From contig CAVNZM010000014.1 in assembly GCA_963693365.1 (NCBI GenBank), forward strand, positions 1,178,001 to 1,242,000: a DNA stretch of 64,000 nucleotides, in the 5' to 3' direction. The translations under genes and the position numbers were made by a program. The notes beneath the pieces were generated by a model that had not been told where the DNA came from, did not search any database, and saw only the letters and a program-made list of their open reading frames with translations. Shown here piece after piece: positions 1 to 39,236 of this stretch. Source of the DNA: Amoebidium appalachense. Lineage: Eukaryota > Protista > Ichthyosporea. Every line of letters starts with the position of its first letter. Position 1 is the first letter of the stretch.

Positions 1-323
1 GGGCGGAGTGTGTGTTTACGGGTGTGCATGCGTGCGTGTGTGTGTGTTTGTCACAGTGTGCGTGTGTGTGTGGGTGTGGGTGTGCGCACACGTTGTGTGG
101 GTGGATGGGTGGGTCACGTGGGCAGGCGGGTGGGCGGGTGGGTGGGCGGACAAAAGGGGGCAGCAAGGGGCTGGGCTTGGCGGGAGTGTTTGTGGGGTAG
201 GGGGGAGAGGTGGGTGGGTGGGGGTGTTGGTGGTGGTGGTGGTGGGGGAGGGGGGGGGGAGGGAGGGGGGGGGGGGGGGGGGGGCAGGGAGGAGGGGGGT
301 TAACAGTTGGGGTGGGTGAACAG

Positions 324-392
324 GTCGAGGCATGCATCAAACACGGGCGGCTACTTCCCGAGCTTCATTATGGAGTGCGGGCACCAAGATAA
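324..392 (+). CDS. Possible terminal exon of an upstream gene that starts outside the window
   Basis: CAG acceptor at 321-323 after a G/GT-rich tract, then VEACIKHGRLLPELHYGVRAPR-TAA (phase 0 assumed) and an AT-rich 3' region. No recognisable domain. Confidence 0.3.
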   Translation, partial: VEACIKHGRLLPELHYGVRAPR

Positions 393-1098
393 ACTCATGT
401 GTTGGGCTACTGTAGTAATAACAGATTGTTGTATGCAGAACGAATGATTCTGTTTGACAGTGATGATTATCTGGAGTGAATGTTTTAACTAGATGGACTG
501 TATGCTTGAAGGTACGCCTTTTGAAATAGTGCTATTTACCTGTATAAGTACATACCCAAAATAAAACAAAATAAAACAAGGAAATGACAATTATGTGGAC
601 TTCAAGGAATACATATAGTTGAATCTGCACCATGCGTGCGCACACACTGCGACACACACAGCACACACACACACACACACACGTGTACACCCACAAACAC
701 ACATACGTACACTCACGCATGTGCAGCACACACACGCACAGGGCCACACATTCACCTCTGTTTACGACTTGTCTTCAAGTCGTACTATGTGCCATGAATG
801 TTAATGTGAGCATGTTAAATCCATAAAAACGACTTTATCGATATCAAATAAATTGTATTGGTGGCTGCCAGGCTCTTTGGCACCTGATCCCTGTGTGACC
901 AGTCACAATTGCAACCTAGGGGGCGCCCTAACACGTACTGACGTGTTGCCGCACGTACGATTAACATCTACTCGTCCCTTTTAAGTAAAAAATAAAATAA
1001 AAAATAAAAAAATAAAAAAATGAGACACCGCCTCAGTAGGTGGTAGGGGGGCGCCCCTCCTCCCCTCTTTATTGACAAAGTCTTGCGTACGCGCGCGC

Positions 1099-1188
<90 letters not shown>

Positions 1189-2576
1189 TGTGTCTGTCTG
1201 TCTGTGAGACTTAGTATATATGTATGTGTGTGTGTTCACGTGCACGTGTGTGTGCGTGTGTGCAGGTTTGCGTGTGTGTGCGTGTGTCGGTGGGTGAGTA
1301 TCGATGTCACGCGGACGTGCACGCGCGTGTACACGTGTGCGTGGAGGGGGAGGGGAGGAGGCCTCTATCTAGGGCCCCTCGGATCCCGGTAGATTGAAGT
1401 GCGTGCTTCTGCAGGCTGCAGTGTCGACTATGTTTACACACCTTTAATACTGAGCCTTACAGTAGTAAAAACCTGGCAAGTTTTTACTTAAGCTTTGTTT
1501 TTCGTGTAGCTTGGATGAAAAGAGAACGAGGCCTTGCATGCCTTGGGCTGCAAGTTGGGCAGTGACGCAAGCGCTTGCGTCACAGTCTCACAGCTAGAGC
1601 TGCTAGACTCACAGTCCAAATATTAATGCATTAATAAAATCTATCTGATTTATTTACACGGCGATTACGACCTCTCCACTGAGTTATTGGGCAAGTATTT
1701 GATATAAATACCAGACACCAGCAGCAGTTGAGGCAGGTAGGAGTAATAGTTAGGACTAATAAACTATGCTTTGTCCGAGGCTGTAATACATACACATATA
1801 AACTTTTGAAAAGCGTTACAGTGCTACCTTGTGAGCAAGTTGGCAAGTTGTGACCGTGGCACCGCGCCGTGCCCAGTGGCCACCAATCGAATAGCCATAT
1901 ACGGTTAAAAAATCGCATACCATCCGGGCTGACCACCAATAGCCAGGCTTTATTTTAACGCTGATAAGGTCGTCATCCCCCAAAACTCCGGAACGAAAAG
2001 GTCGCGTTTTCGAACCTCCCAGGCGTTTCAACAGATGTGGGGTATGTACACTGTAAAGATGGAGCCAAAAAAACCATAGCCAAAATAAGCGAAATAATTT
2101 CTGCTGCAATCGGGATCAGGTCCGAAACCAGACAACTATGTTACTTTGCTCAATGTTGAACTTCGGCAGCATAGGCTACTTTCGGAATGTAGGCCCCAGG
2201 GACTACAATAGGGAGATACTAGTTAGCCTAGAACACCGCCTGTGTGATGTCAAAGTCAACTGCCACGAGGTTCTTACATAGACTGCACCGTGCTCCATAT
2301 ATATATAATCAATAAGCAAAGATCCGTTTTCCGATTTTTTTTTTTGCCAGAATTCCAGAAGGGCGTGGCTATTTGTATACTGTTAATGTATGTTTCCATG
2401 AGACAGCCTTTTTGATTCCCAGGCGCCGGACGATGTTCATTGGCCCGTTGAGTCAGCCAATCATGAAGGCTCTCTGGCAAAACTTTTAACAACAAAACAA
2501 ACACAACAACGCATTTCTTGACACTTTTCGTTGTGTCGAAGACATGCGAAGGTGTGTCTGAACCCTCAATAGCACA

Positions 2577-17544
<14,968 letters not shown>

Positions 17545-18470
17545 GGCTTTGGGGAGAAAGGTGTATATTGCTGAGTTTTTCTTGTCCTTTGGCTTATATA
17601 AAATTTTAATGCAAGGTTGTGGCTTTATACATATATGCTTTGTGTTTAGGAAAGTGAAGATTAGGAACAAACGGAGGAGCAACCGCTTGTGTATCATAAC
17701 CGGATATCTTAGTTATATTTACATATACATATACCATACCAGTCATGTTAAGAGATTATGTATACATTAGCGCTGTTACCACTGCTACATACCGTAATCA
17801 TAGAGAGATAACCCTTGCTGCTTGCAGTGAGCCGAGTCCACAAACAGCCTTTAAAGGTAGAGCAACAATAAATCAGTGCATGTAAATCTAGCACATAAAA
17901 TCTGACGGCTACCGCCAGCTGGGCAACACATAGCTCCTGCCGCTAAAACTCGCTTCTTCCTGTAAAATGGACCCATAATAATATGCCTGATGATAAGTGG
18001 TTAGGAGCCCTATCCGGTCTGATTTTGTCTTTGCATCAGTGTAGTAACCCATTTGTCAACTCTAACACCATGTGTTATGGTACACATTACACTGTTGGCG
18101 CTATACGTGGCGCTAAGAACTATAAGATATATGTCATAGTATACAGCTAGCAGGGCCCCCTAGTGGTGACCTCTTAAGAGACCCAGTGGGTATGATACCA
18201 CCTGCAGTTCAAAATATAAAGTATGGCTTGGGCTCACCCATAGCAACAAACACGCCGTGCCCAATCTCTCACTCTCTGCACGCGCGTGCACACACAGACG
18301 CGCGCGCGCGCGCACACACACACACCGTAACATCATACCTTCCGAAGGAGAACCGAAGGAGTTATAGGTAGGTCATATTTAGCCAGAACGGACATCGACA
18401 GCCATAGCATCATAGAATAGGGCTTCCTTCCCCGAGACCTTCGCTTTTATGTTAACTAGATCATTAGTAA

Positions 18471-18652
18471 AACAATGAAAAAACCAGGAACATGATAGAC
18501 TACAAAAAAAGAATAGGAGTAAGGCGTATGTAGGATTAGTGCAAAGCCACAATCATTGTTGAACAATGAAAAAACCAGGAATATGATAGACTACAAAAAA
18601 AGAATAGGAGTAAGGCGTAGGATTAGTGCAAAGCCACAATCATTGTTGAACA
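18471..18652. repeat. Tandem duplication of a ~91 bp unit
   Basis: aacaatgaaaaaaccaggaa...gccacaatcattgttg at 18471-18561 and again at 18562-18648 (second copy has a 4-nt deletion). Confidence 0.9.
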
Positions 18653-18733
18653 TTTACGTTTTTATGAACCTCTTGTCAGCACGCATGTTATTCGTGGACT
18701 GCCTTTTTCCGTGAGGTATAGAGCCCCTCCCCC

Positions 18734-18770
<37 letters not shown>

Positions 18771-18816
18771 TCTCCGAAACACACACACACACACACATAC
18801 ACACACATACACACAC

Positions 18817-19123
18817 AAAAAAAAAAAAAAAAAAAAAAAGCCACATACAGGCACAGTCACATGCACACACAGACACTCAAACGTCACACGGATGCGCATC
18901 CATGCATCATATAGCCAACTACATGTTGAACGCTTCCTAATAAAATAGTTGCAAATTTATACATGTACACATTGAACTATACTTGTTTGGACTTTCTTCC
19001 AACACGGGTCTAGAATTTGTTCCGAGCTTCTGAAATTTTGCGCCTGAGGACCAAACCATAGAGAAAGAGTAGAGGAGAGGAGAGAGAGAAAATTTACGTC
19101 CCCGCCAAAGTCACACACACACA

Positions 19124-19216
<93 letters not shown>

Positions 19217-19673
19217 GCCACATACAGGCACAGTCACATGCACACACATGACTCACACGTCACACGGATGCGCATCCATGCATCATATAACCAACTACAT
19301 GTTGAACGCTTCCTAATAAAATAGTTGCAAATTTATACATGTAAGGCACTTTAACGAATCTTGAGGCAAATTTACATTTACTAAGTAAAATTGTATAATG
19401 TTATGCAGGTTTGAGCATAACGTTATGCACGTTTCAAAAAAATTAAAAATGTAATAACTTGGGAACCGTTCAACCAAAATGCACCAAGTTTTCACAGTTA
19501 GTGTATTCTTATACCCCCTGCACACGTGCACTGAGATACCAGCAAAACAGTTTGATCTGCTCAAGCGATCACGAAAAAACATGAAAAAACTTTGAAAAAA
19601 CTTCGGGTCAAATTTTTCGGTAAAATCCCTTATGTACACATTGAACTATACTTTGTTTGGATTTTCTTCCAAC
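18817..19673. repeat. Local duplication (~190 bp unit, following (CA)n-poly-A); the second copy is interrupted by an insertion
   Basis: gccacatacaggcacagtcacatgcacacac...tcacacggatgcgcatccatgcatcatata...atttatacatgta occurs at ~18840-18967 and ~19216-19343. Its continuation cacattgaactatact follows directly at 18968 but only at 19637 in copy 2. Confidence 0.85.
19344..19630. mobile_element. MITE-like insertion with imperfect terminal inverted repeats
   Basis: Left end AGGCACTTTAACGAATCTTGA; reverse complement of right end AGGGATTTTACCGAAAAATTTGA. Flanked by catgta/tatgta, with an empty paralogous site at 18962-18967. No coding capacity. Confidence 0.7.
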
Positions 19674-19947
19674 AACGTAAACTTATAGCACCCTCGTTGC
19701 TTCGATCACCTGCATGTGCGTCAAGCTTTCCTGGTCTCCAAATCTCATGATCTTTTTAACTGTACACTATCTACTAGATTAGATATACCGTTCAATACCC
19801 CGGTGAGTGACAGGGGCCCTTGAATTTCGTATTGCACTGTGGCCCTCATCAATACCCTCTCCCCCCCCCCTCCCCACTCAGGAATCCCCACCCTCCACCG
19901 TGCACTTTCAACATGTTGGCGATAAGTCCCTGTATTACGACGCCTGC

Positions 19948-19994
<47 letters not shown>

Positions 19995-20040
19995 CCATCC
20001 ACGTACCTGCCCGCAAACGCACACACAACACTGTTTCAAG

Positions 20041-20227
<187 letters not shown>

Positions 20228-20246
20228 CCCCCCCCTCCCCCCCCCC

Positions 20247-20290
<44 letters not shown>

Positions 20291-21890
20291 ACCACCACCA
20301 TTTCAGCACTAATACGGCGGCCACAGGATTCGGATTCCAGACGTTAAAAAAAGGGGGAATCGAGGGGAGGGGGGAAAAAGGGAAACGAAAAAAAAGAAAA
20401 AAACAAAGAATGGATGAAAGAAATCAAAAGAAAGAAAGAAAAAAGAAAGAACATGTACAACGTCACGAGCCTTAGTTAGGCACTTAATAAGAATAGAAAA
20501 CCGTCTGTCCCAACTCATACCGGCCTTATTATCCCATTGTTTTACCGCTTACCCCCTTCCAAAGACGACGGTCACCATGTGCCTCATGATCACTCACCTA
20601 TGGCGTCTCTCAACTGAGTGAGTACTGTAGTAGCAGTAGTAGGCACCCACGTGCACGTGGCCCTCGAGCCCCCTCAGATGACTAAGGTCGTGATGCTGGC
20701 TTGCTGGCACGTTCATTGACGTCGCAACCAGTGGTTTCGATGTACGACTAAACCATATTAGATAAAACAACGGGTCATCGACCAGCCTGGCACCCAACAT
20801 CTGCAGTGCCAGTCGTCGGTGACACATTGAACTCACGTGCACGGGCCCAGGGAGGGACTAGGGATGGGGGCAAAATAATATTACTTTGTGATGCCATTCA
20901 GTCTCCTGCATGATCATCGATTGCCCTGCAAGGGCACTTTGCCACCTGTTCATTGTTTCCTACATTAATATTACATACATCCACACACATGTACATGTGA
21001 CAACCATTGCTTACTCGGATTATCGATACTAAGCACGGTGACACCACTGTACATGTACATCATGCCCTGTGGACCCCTCATGGGCCCCCCTCCCCCCCCC
21101 CCCCCCCCCCCCCCCCCCCGGGGCCCCCGCCCCCTTCCCTCCCCTTCCCCCCCCCCCTCCCCCCCCCCTTTTCTTCCCTCAACTCCTTCGTATAACTATC
21201 ATTTTATCTCAGGCCTCTTCAGCTGCAGCCTCTAGACTTTGAATGATAGGGCCTGTGCATGCGTGTTGGATCCGCCGGGATTCGGGAGTTGGGTCGAGCA
21301 TCTCAGATCGATATCTGTGTGTACGTGGGATCTCGGCTGGAATGCATTTGAATGTCCGTAGAATTACTGGGATTAAAATAGATTGAAACTAGATTTATAC
21401 AACAAATGGCATGCAACTAAGTAACATAAAATTGTTTTTAACCGTTTATGTGCTGTAAATCACATATGCCAAAGTCGCTCCGTCTCATCGGATCTACACG
21501 AGAATCTATGGCTTGATCATGAAGGGCGGCGAACTGCGAAAAGTTGAACCGTGGCAAGTTGGCACCTTTCAGGCTTTCGAAGTTTCAAAAGTGGAAGCGA
21601 ACGGAGGACGTTATAGTTTTGTTTTGCACACAGAACATGAACATGTAGTGTTGCCCGTATTCCTATCCGCGGCTTTCTGGGGGCTGCTCGCTTCTATCAA
21701 ATTTCAGTTTACCTTCTCCAATTTGTAAATATAAGCCCAGCACCCCCCCCTCCCCCAGCCCTCCCTCCCCCACCGCCCTCCGAGATCTGTGTACCCATTT
21801 GGCATCATATCCTGCTCTCTATCTTCCAAAACTACAGGCTGAATAGCTGACATCACATAAACGCAAAATTATTTTCATTTCGACATCATC

Positions 21891-33399
<11,509 letters not shown>

Positions 33400-33477
33400 C
33401 AAGAGATCACCGCATTGGGTTGCTTTCTGAGTGTGTGTGTGCTTTGGTGTGTGTGTGTGTGCGCGTTTGTGTTTGGG

Positions 33478-33516
<39 letters not shown>

Positions 33517-33692
33517 CGTGTGTTTTGTGTGTGATGTGTGGGCGCGTGTGCGTTTTGGTGGTGGTGGGGGGTGGGGGTGGGGATGCCGTGTGTGTGTGTG
33601 TACGTGTGTGTGTGTGTGTGTGTGTGGTGGCTGGGTGTGCGTCTCAGCGTGTATGTGTCCGTACGTGTGTGCCTTTTGTGTGTGCGTGTGTG

Positions 33693-33731
<39 letters not shown>

Positions 33732-34202
33732 TCAAGCTCTTCTGCTGACGAAAGTTTTTTAATGATGATTATTATCATATGGTAACATAATTATATCACA
33801 CCTGTATTCTTTTTTCGTTCAGCCATCGTTCGTATTCCTAGTATGCATACTCTTTGATATACAGCGAGTGAACACTAATATTAACTTGCCCGTATGTGTA
33901 TGTAATGCTTATGCCTCTCCACATATACCGCATCTGCTACCGTGACATATATAGAGTAATGTATACTAAAAATCGACGGATATATATATTATCTTTAACG
34001 TTTTGTTTTTGGTTTCGAATCCACCTGTATCTGGCACACAAACAAAAAATTGATGTGTGGGCAACAACAAACCTTGTTTAGATATCGATATATGCATTGT
34101 ATGGTCAGTAGTGGGGTTTAATCGGTGGCCGTGGTAGGCGGGTCGGCAGCGGTAAAAGCACAAAGCGTGTACGTTTTTCAGGCTAGGCACACAGAAACAC
34201 AC

Positions 34203-34267
<65 letters not shown>

Positions 34268-34564
34268 ACATATACATGTTACGTTTGTCATGCCACTGAA
34301 CCCTTTAAATTTTATCACGCATTTTCATTGGATACCTCACGTCACTTGACGTGTAAAACAGTCTAGGAGACTGCCATATGAATTGAGCTATTCCAACTTT
34401 GACTAAATTTAATTTCTTAACGAGGATGAAACCATCGAATTGCGGCGATCGGTCTCCGGGCCAAATTAATATAAAAAACAGGGTTACATTGAGAGCAAAA
34501 AGGTACACCAATTATGCGCTAGAGCTATAATTTTTCCATGGTAATTATGCAAATAGTGTTTTCT

Positions 34565-35966
34565 TCAAAAGGGATGCTCGGAATAAACGATGTCGATCGG
34601 AAAGAACGCCTCGACGGGTGCCGTTTCCCCGCACGCCTTACGCATAGCAACGAGATCGACGGGAGTTGAGTTCGTTAGGTGCCGAATAAACGATTTCAGC
34701 TCGGTCACTTCGTTTTGCAGTGCGGCAAGCGATTTTCCTCGTCCGTTTTCGTTTTTTCGTCACTTGAATCCGCTCCGCTCGTGTTTCCTATTCCGGGAGA
34801 GGTGGCGGGGGTGGGTGGAGCATATCCTTGTTTGGGAGGTTTATGGGTGGACTCGAGTTCGGTCACATGTTTGCGGAGGGACTCGAATTCTTTGGCTGCT
34901 GTGCGGTTTTCCTCGCTGAGACGTTCGTTGGTTAGAGAGAGTGTTGTGTTTGCATCATGAAGAGCAACGGTTTCCTTTGTGCAAAGAAGTAGGTGCGCGG
35001 CGGTCGCGGAGTTGATGTGTTCGTCGATTAAATGGCGTGCAACCTTATCTTTGCATCCCGGGATCGGGCAGGGGACTTCGGTGAGTGAGCATTGGGTGGA
35101 TTTGTGGTCGGTGAGTTGGGCCTTGGGCAGACGAACGCTGCATTCGCATACAACGGAGCAGGATGATTGGTGGGCTGTTTTTTTTTTTTTTTTGTTGGGG
35201 GGAGGGGGAGGGGGGAGGGAGGGGGGGGGGGGGGGGGGGGGGGGGGAAGGGAAGGTGGATGGAATGGGTCAGTGTGTGTGTTGAGTGGAATGGTGTGAGA
35301 TGGTGTGTGTGAGTTGGGGTGTGCGCGATGGTGTGTGTGTGTGTGTGTGCGTGTGCGCGTGTGTGTGCTTGTGTATTGTGTGTGCAAGCCTGAGAAGGAA
35401 CGGTGGAACCGGGCTGCTTAGAGAGGTGTAAAAGGAGGACAGGCTGCCCTTTTGGTGAAAAGGAGTACCCAAGAGGGGGGGGGGGGGGGGGGGGGGAAGG
35501 AGGTTCATCGGTTGGATTGAAAAACTGATGTACGGGAGTATGGAAGAGCAAAAAGGTATAGGGGAGAAAACATGGATGAGGCACACGTTTTTCAGAAACG
35601 GAGCAGAGATAACGAAAGGGAAGATGGTTAATATACATACAGTGGTGGATAGCAGTGATGGTGGACAAGGTGGGCAGGGAGACCCTGGGGGTGGGGGGGG
35701 GGGGGGGGGGGGGGGGGGGACACAAGAAACGTGCTTAATCTTGTGTGTGTGTGTGCATGTGCCTGTGTGTGTCAGTGACACGTAGGAAGCCGATGGGGCA
35801 CATATAGAAACACAAAGCAAGATTGTTGGCGAAACAAGCATGTGTGCAGCCCTTTCCCAAGCGTACAAAACCTGGACAAGACAAAGCCGATATCGAGTGG
35901 TGGTGGCGGTGGGTGTGGTCTTTTTATTTGTTTTCCGCGCCAAAGGGCGGGCAGGGAGGGGAGGGG

Positions 35967-36003
<37 letters not shown>

Positions 36004-36203
36004 GGGGGAAAGCATTAACATGCGTGGCCAGAAGCAGATGCACGATGGGGGAGAAATGTGAAAAAGATGGATGGAAGGGAAGGGTGGGCAAGACGGGGTG
36101 GGAAAATGAGCAAACCGATTGGTAAGCAGACGAAAAAGAGGGTGACGTTGGATAACTGGGCTCAACGGTTAGCAGGGGGTAGGGGGCAGGTGTTTGGGTA
36201 GGT

Positions 36204-36238
<35 letters not shown>

Positions 36239-36515
36239 ATGTAGTGTGTGGATGGAAGAGAGAGGGAGAGACCGGCTGCAGGTGTGTGTGTGGTTGTGTG
36301 TGGGTATGTCAAAAAGGAGTAGTGGGGGGGGGGGGGGGGGGGGGGGGGGGGTTGACTAGGTTGGGGAAATAAACTAATAAGGGTGACCCACGAGAGTAGA
36401 GGCTCTGAATAAAGTTAAGTCACGGCAGAAGGATGCAAAGGAAATCAATCGAGGGAGGGAGGAGAGAGGATGTAAGCCTGAAGGTGTCACAGAGCAGCGC
36501 AAAGAGGGGGAAGCT

Positions 36516-36549
<34 letters not shown>

Positions 36550-36633
36550 GGACAGAGGGGCGGAGAGGGGAGAGAGAGAGAGAGAGGGGGGGGGGGAGGG
36601 AGAGGGAGGGAGAGAGAGAGAGAGAGAGAGAGG

Positions 36634-36670
<37 letters not shown>

Positions 36671-36721
36671 AGGGTGGGAGGGAGGGAGGGAGGAAGGAAG
36701 GGGGGGGGGGGAGGGGGGGAG

Positions 36722-36763
<42 letters not shown>

Positions 36764-37819
36764 GGTATGCATAGCTTCCTTGGGTAAGAAAGAGTAGAAC
36801 CATGGTAACAAGAAAGAAGCGGAAGCCAGAACTGGAGACTGATCGAAGGAACTCGGAATGAGGAGAGGTGAAGGATATAGAAAAAGAGCAGGGGAGTGTA
36901 TTTTTTGGAAGAAAGGGATATATGGAGGGGGGAGGGGGGGGGAGGAGGGGAAGGGGGGGGGGGGGGGGGGGGGGGGGAAGGGATGAAAAAGGGGGAAAAT
37001 GAAAGACGGGTAGGGGGGAGGGAGGAAGGCGGGGGAGTTGACCAAAAGAGGGAACCCTCGGAGAGCCTCAGAGATAAAAGGCAGGGGGGGCCGGGGGGGG
37101 GGGGGGGGGGGAGGGGGGGAGTGGGGGGGGGGGGAGGGAGGGAGGGAGGGGGGGGGGGGGGGCGGCGGGAGGGGAGGGAGGGAGGGGGGGGGGGGGGGGA
37201 GGGAGGGGGGGGTGAGGGGGAGTTCTAGTAGGTCAAGAATTGCGTATGCCATATTCGGTGTCAAAGAAGGTCAAGTAAAAGGTATGAGTACATAGGCTCG
37301 TTCTCAATGCGGGTTACACGGAGGAAGGGTCAAGGAAACTTATTCTCAACATCGCGCCTTAGCACCTCCACCTTGCACACCCCACAGAGCACGGGCCCGA
37401 ACGGACACACCTCTTTGTGGGCCTCTGTCCCATCTCGTGGCGTGCTCTCTTTACAGCCTGGGTTCTTGCATGCCACCTTCTCCTTTGGGCACACAGTGCG
37501 ATGCTCATCGTTGTTTCGATGGTGCAAATGACAGTGCAGCCCGACTCGTAGTTTGCACAACGAAGTTCCAGGTTGGCGTGCATACGACGGAAGGTTTTCG
37601 ATACGCGGGATGGGTATTCTCCCTTGATGGGAACTTCACAAGTGGGATATTTGGTTCTGTTGTGGGCAAGATGAGCTCTGATGCAGGTCTCGCAGAACAA
37701 GTGGCCACAGTTGTTTCCATGGGAACATCAGCAACGAGATGGCATATGGGGCACATCCATTCTCGGGCTTCCTTCTCTGAAAGGAAACGCTCAATGTCAA
37801 CATAGCCTGCCTTCTCCAT
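34565..37819 (-). pseudogene. RING finger + TRAF-type zinc-finger + coiled-coil protein gene, disrupted as assembled
   Basis: Exon 1 37819-37344: CPICHLVADVPME../CGHLFCETCI...YPTC, then RCANYESGC, HRTVCPKEKVACKNPGC, HKEVCPFGPVLCGVC. Exon 2 35174-34565: HQSSCSVVCEC...HKSTQCSLTEVPCPIPGC...HINSATAAHL, coiled coil, ...SLAALQNEVTELKSF...SEHPF-TGA. Needs three +1-nt corrections (~37715, ~37515, ~34734) and an AT donor. No MATH domain seen. Confidence 0.75.
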
Positions 37820-39236
37820 TCTCGTTTAAAGGACACGTAAACAGGCTTATGCGGTTCCCCTGCGGAGGTTTTTACTCAAGTCCACGCTAGACGGGTTCAG
37901 TGGGGAATACTATTAGCAAAATTCTACTCGTCTGGTTGCGTGTGGGAAAAGGAAAAAGGCCGCAACATGATAATGATTCCTTGATCGAAGTGGGGGAAAT
38001 ACGCCGGAGCCTGCCGAGAACAAACCTGAAAAAGACAACAGCTAAATCGATGTTTTTCTCAACACGTTGCATAAAACGAGAGCGAAATACGTAGAGAGGC
38101 GTGTTTACAGAGATAAAGGTAAAGGAAGTGAAAACAAAAAAATTTAAGATACATAAGAAACCTACAAATGGAATCGGCACAAAAACTAACATTTCAGCAG
38201 CGAAGTGAACCCAAAGTAAGGCGGTTGTGCGTTTTCAAGCCCGCCGCGTGAAAGACGGTTGGTCCATGGAGCTCCTAAAAAATGCCCTAATAAAGACTAC
38301 TAAATTTGGTTGTTTAGCATTTCCGTAGCCAATCGATATGTAGGAAAGATAAAAGCGCGCGAAACTTTTGGCCAATGAATGCTTGTTTGTGATTTCGCTT
38401 GGCCGAGTGAATTGGCGGCAGAATTTGAAAAAAAGAAAAAGGGGTGATGACTCTGGTGTAACCTGCACACAGTTACAACAGGGCGATGGCCAAGGGCGTG
38501 TTATTGTCCATTTCACGAGATTACCTCAGCTACTCAGCTGATACAATACCATACCAGATAGCCCAATGTGGGTGCTTCTAGATGACAAAGAACAAGTTGT
38601 TCTGACAGGAAAAATAACGATTGAATCAGTTTGTCTCGTATTTGACAGCCATGCATGTGACAGAATGCAGTGGCCCCACGTGCACGTGAACGCAATTTAG
38701 TACGTGCACATACGGCTAATGGCCCTTGAAGTGCGTGTTATCAGTGCGTGCGCCTGTACATGTACATATACGTGATGTATGCCAAGTATATTTGCACGTG
38801 CAAGTTGAAATAGGACTGTGGGCCCAGACAAGTTTGAGTCTCAAACAAGGCGCGTGGGGGAAAACTCTGCAAACTAATCAGTTGTTTATGGCACGCGGTA
38901 TGCAAAAGCACGCACGGCCATGCCTGGCAAATTCTTATTGCCCTCTTTTTCTTGGATAGGCCTTTCTCATGCTCTCTGAACGTTTGCGTTGAATCACGTT
39001 TTATGGTTGCGTTTTTAGGCCGGTGGTTGTTTTTTTGCTTCCACAGCTGCTGCATGCTTATGAAGCCTGCATGCACAGCTCTGCATGCGCAAAACTTTCT
39101 TTTTTTTTATTAAGTTCACGAGCGGCTATTCACTTTGACACAAAGTGAAACTTATTATCCCAGGCTTTGCGTATTTCTCTTTTACGTCATCTAGACTTAC
39201 AAGGCTCTACGGAATACGTAAAACTGTGCACATATT

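Noticed and set aside
20594-20842. Non-repetitive island with a minus-strand ORF and splice-like signals
   Set aside because: No recognisable motif and no partner exons; cannot be supported as a gene.
35783-35872. Possible extra minus-strand exon in the RING/TRAF gene
   Set aside because: The translation does not fit the zinc-finger pattern, and exons 1 and 2 already join sensibly.
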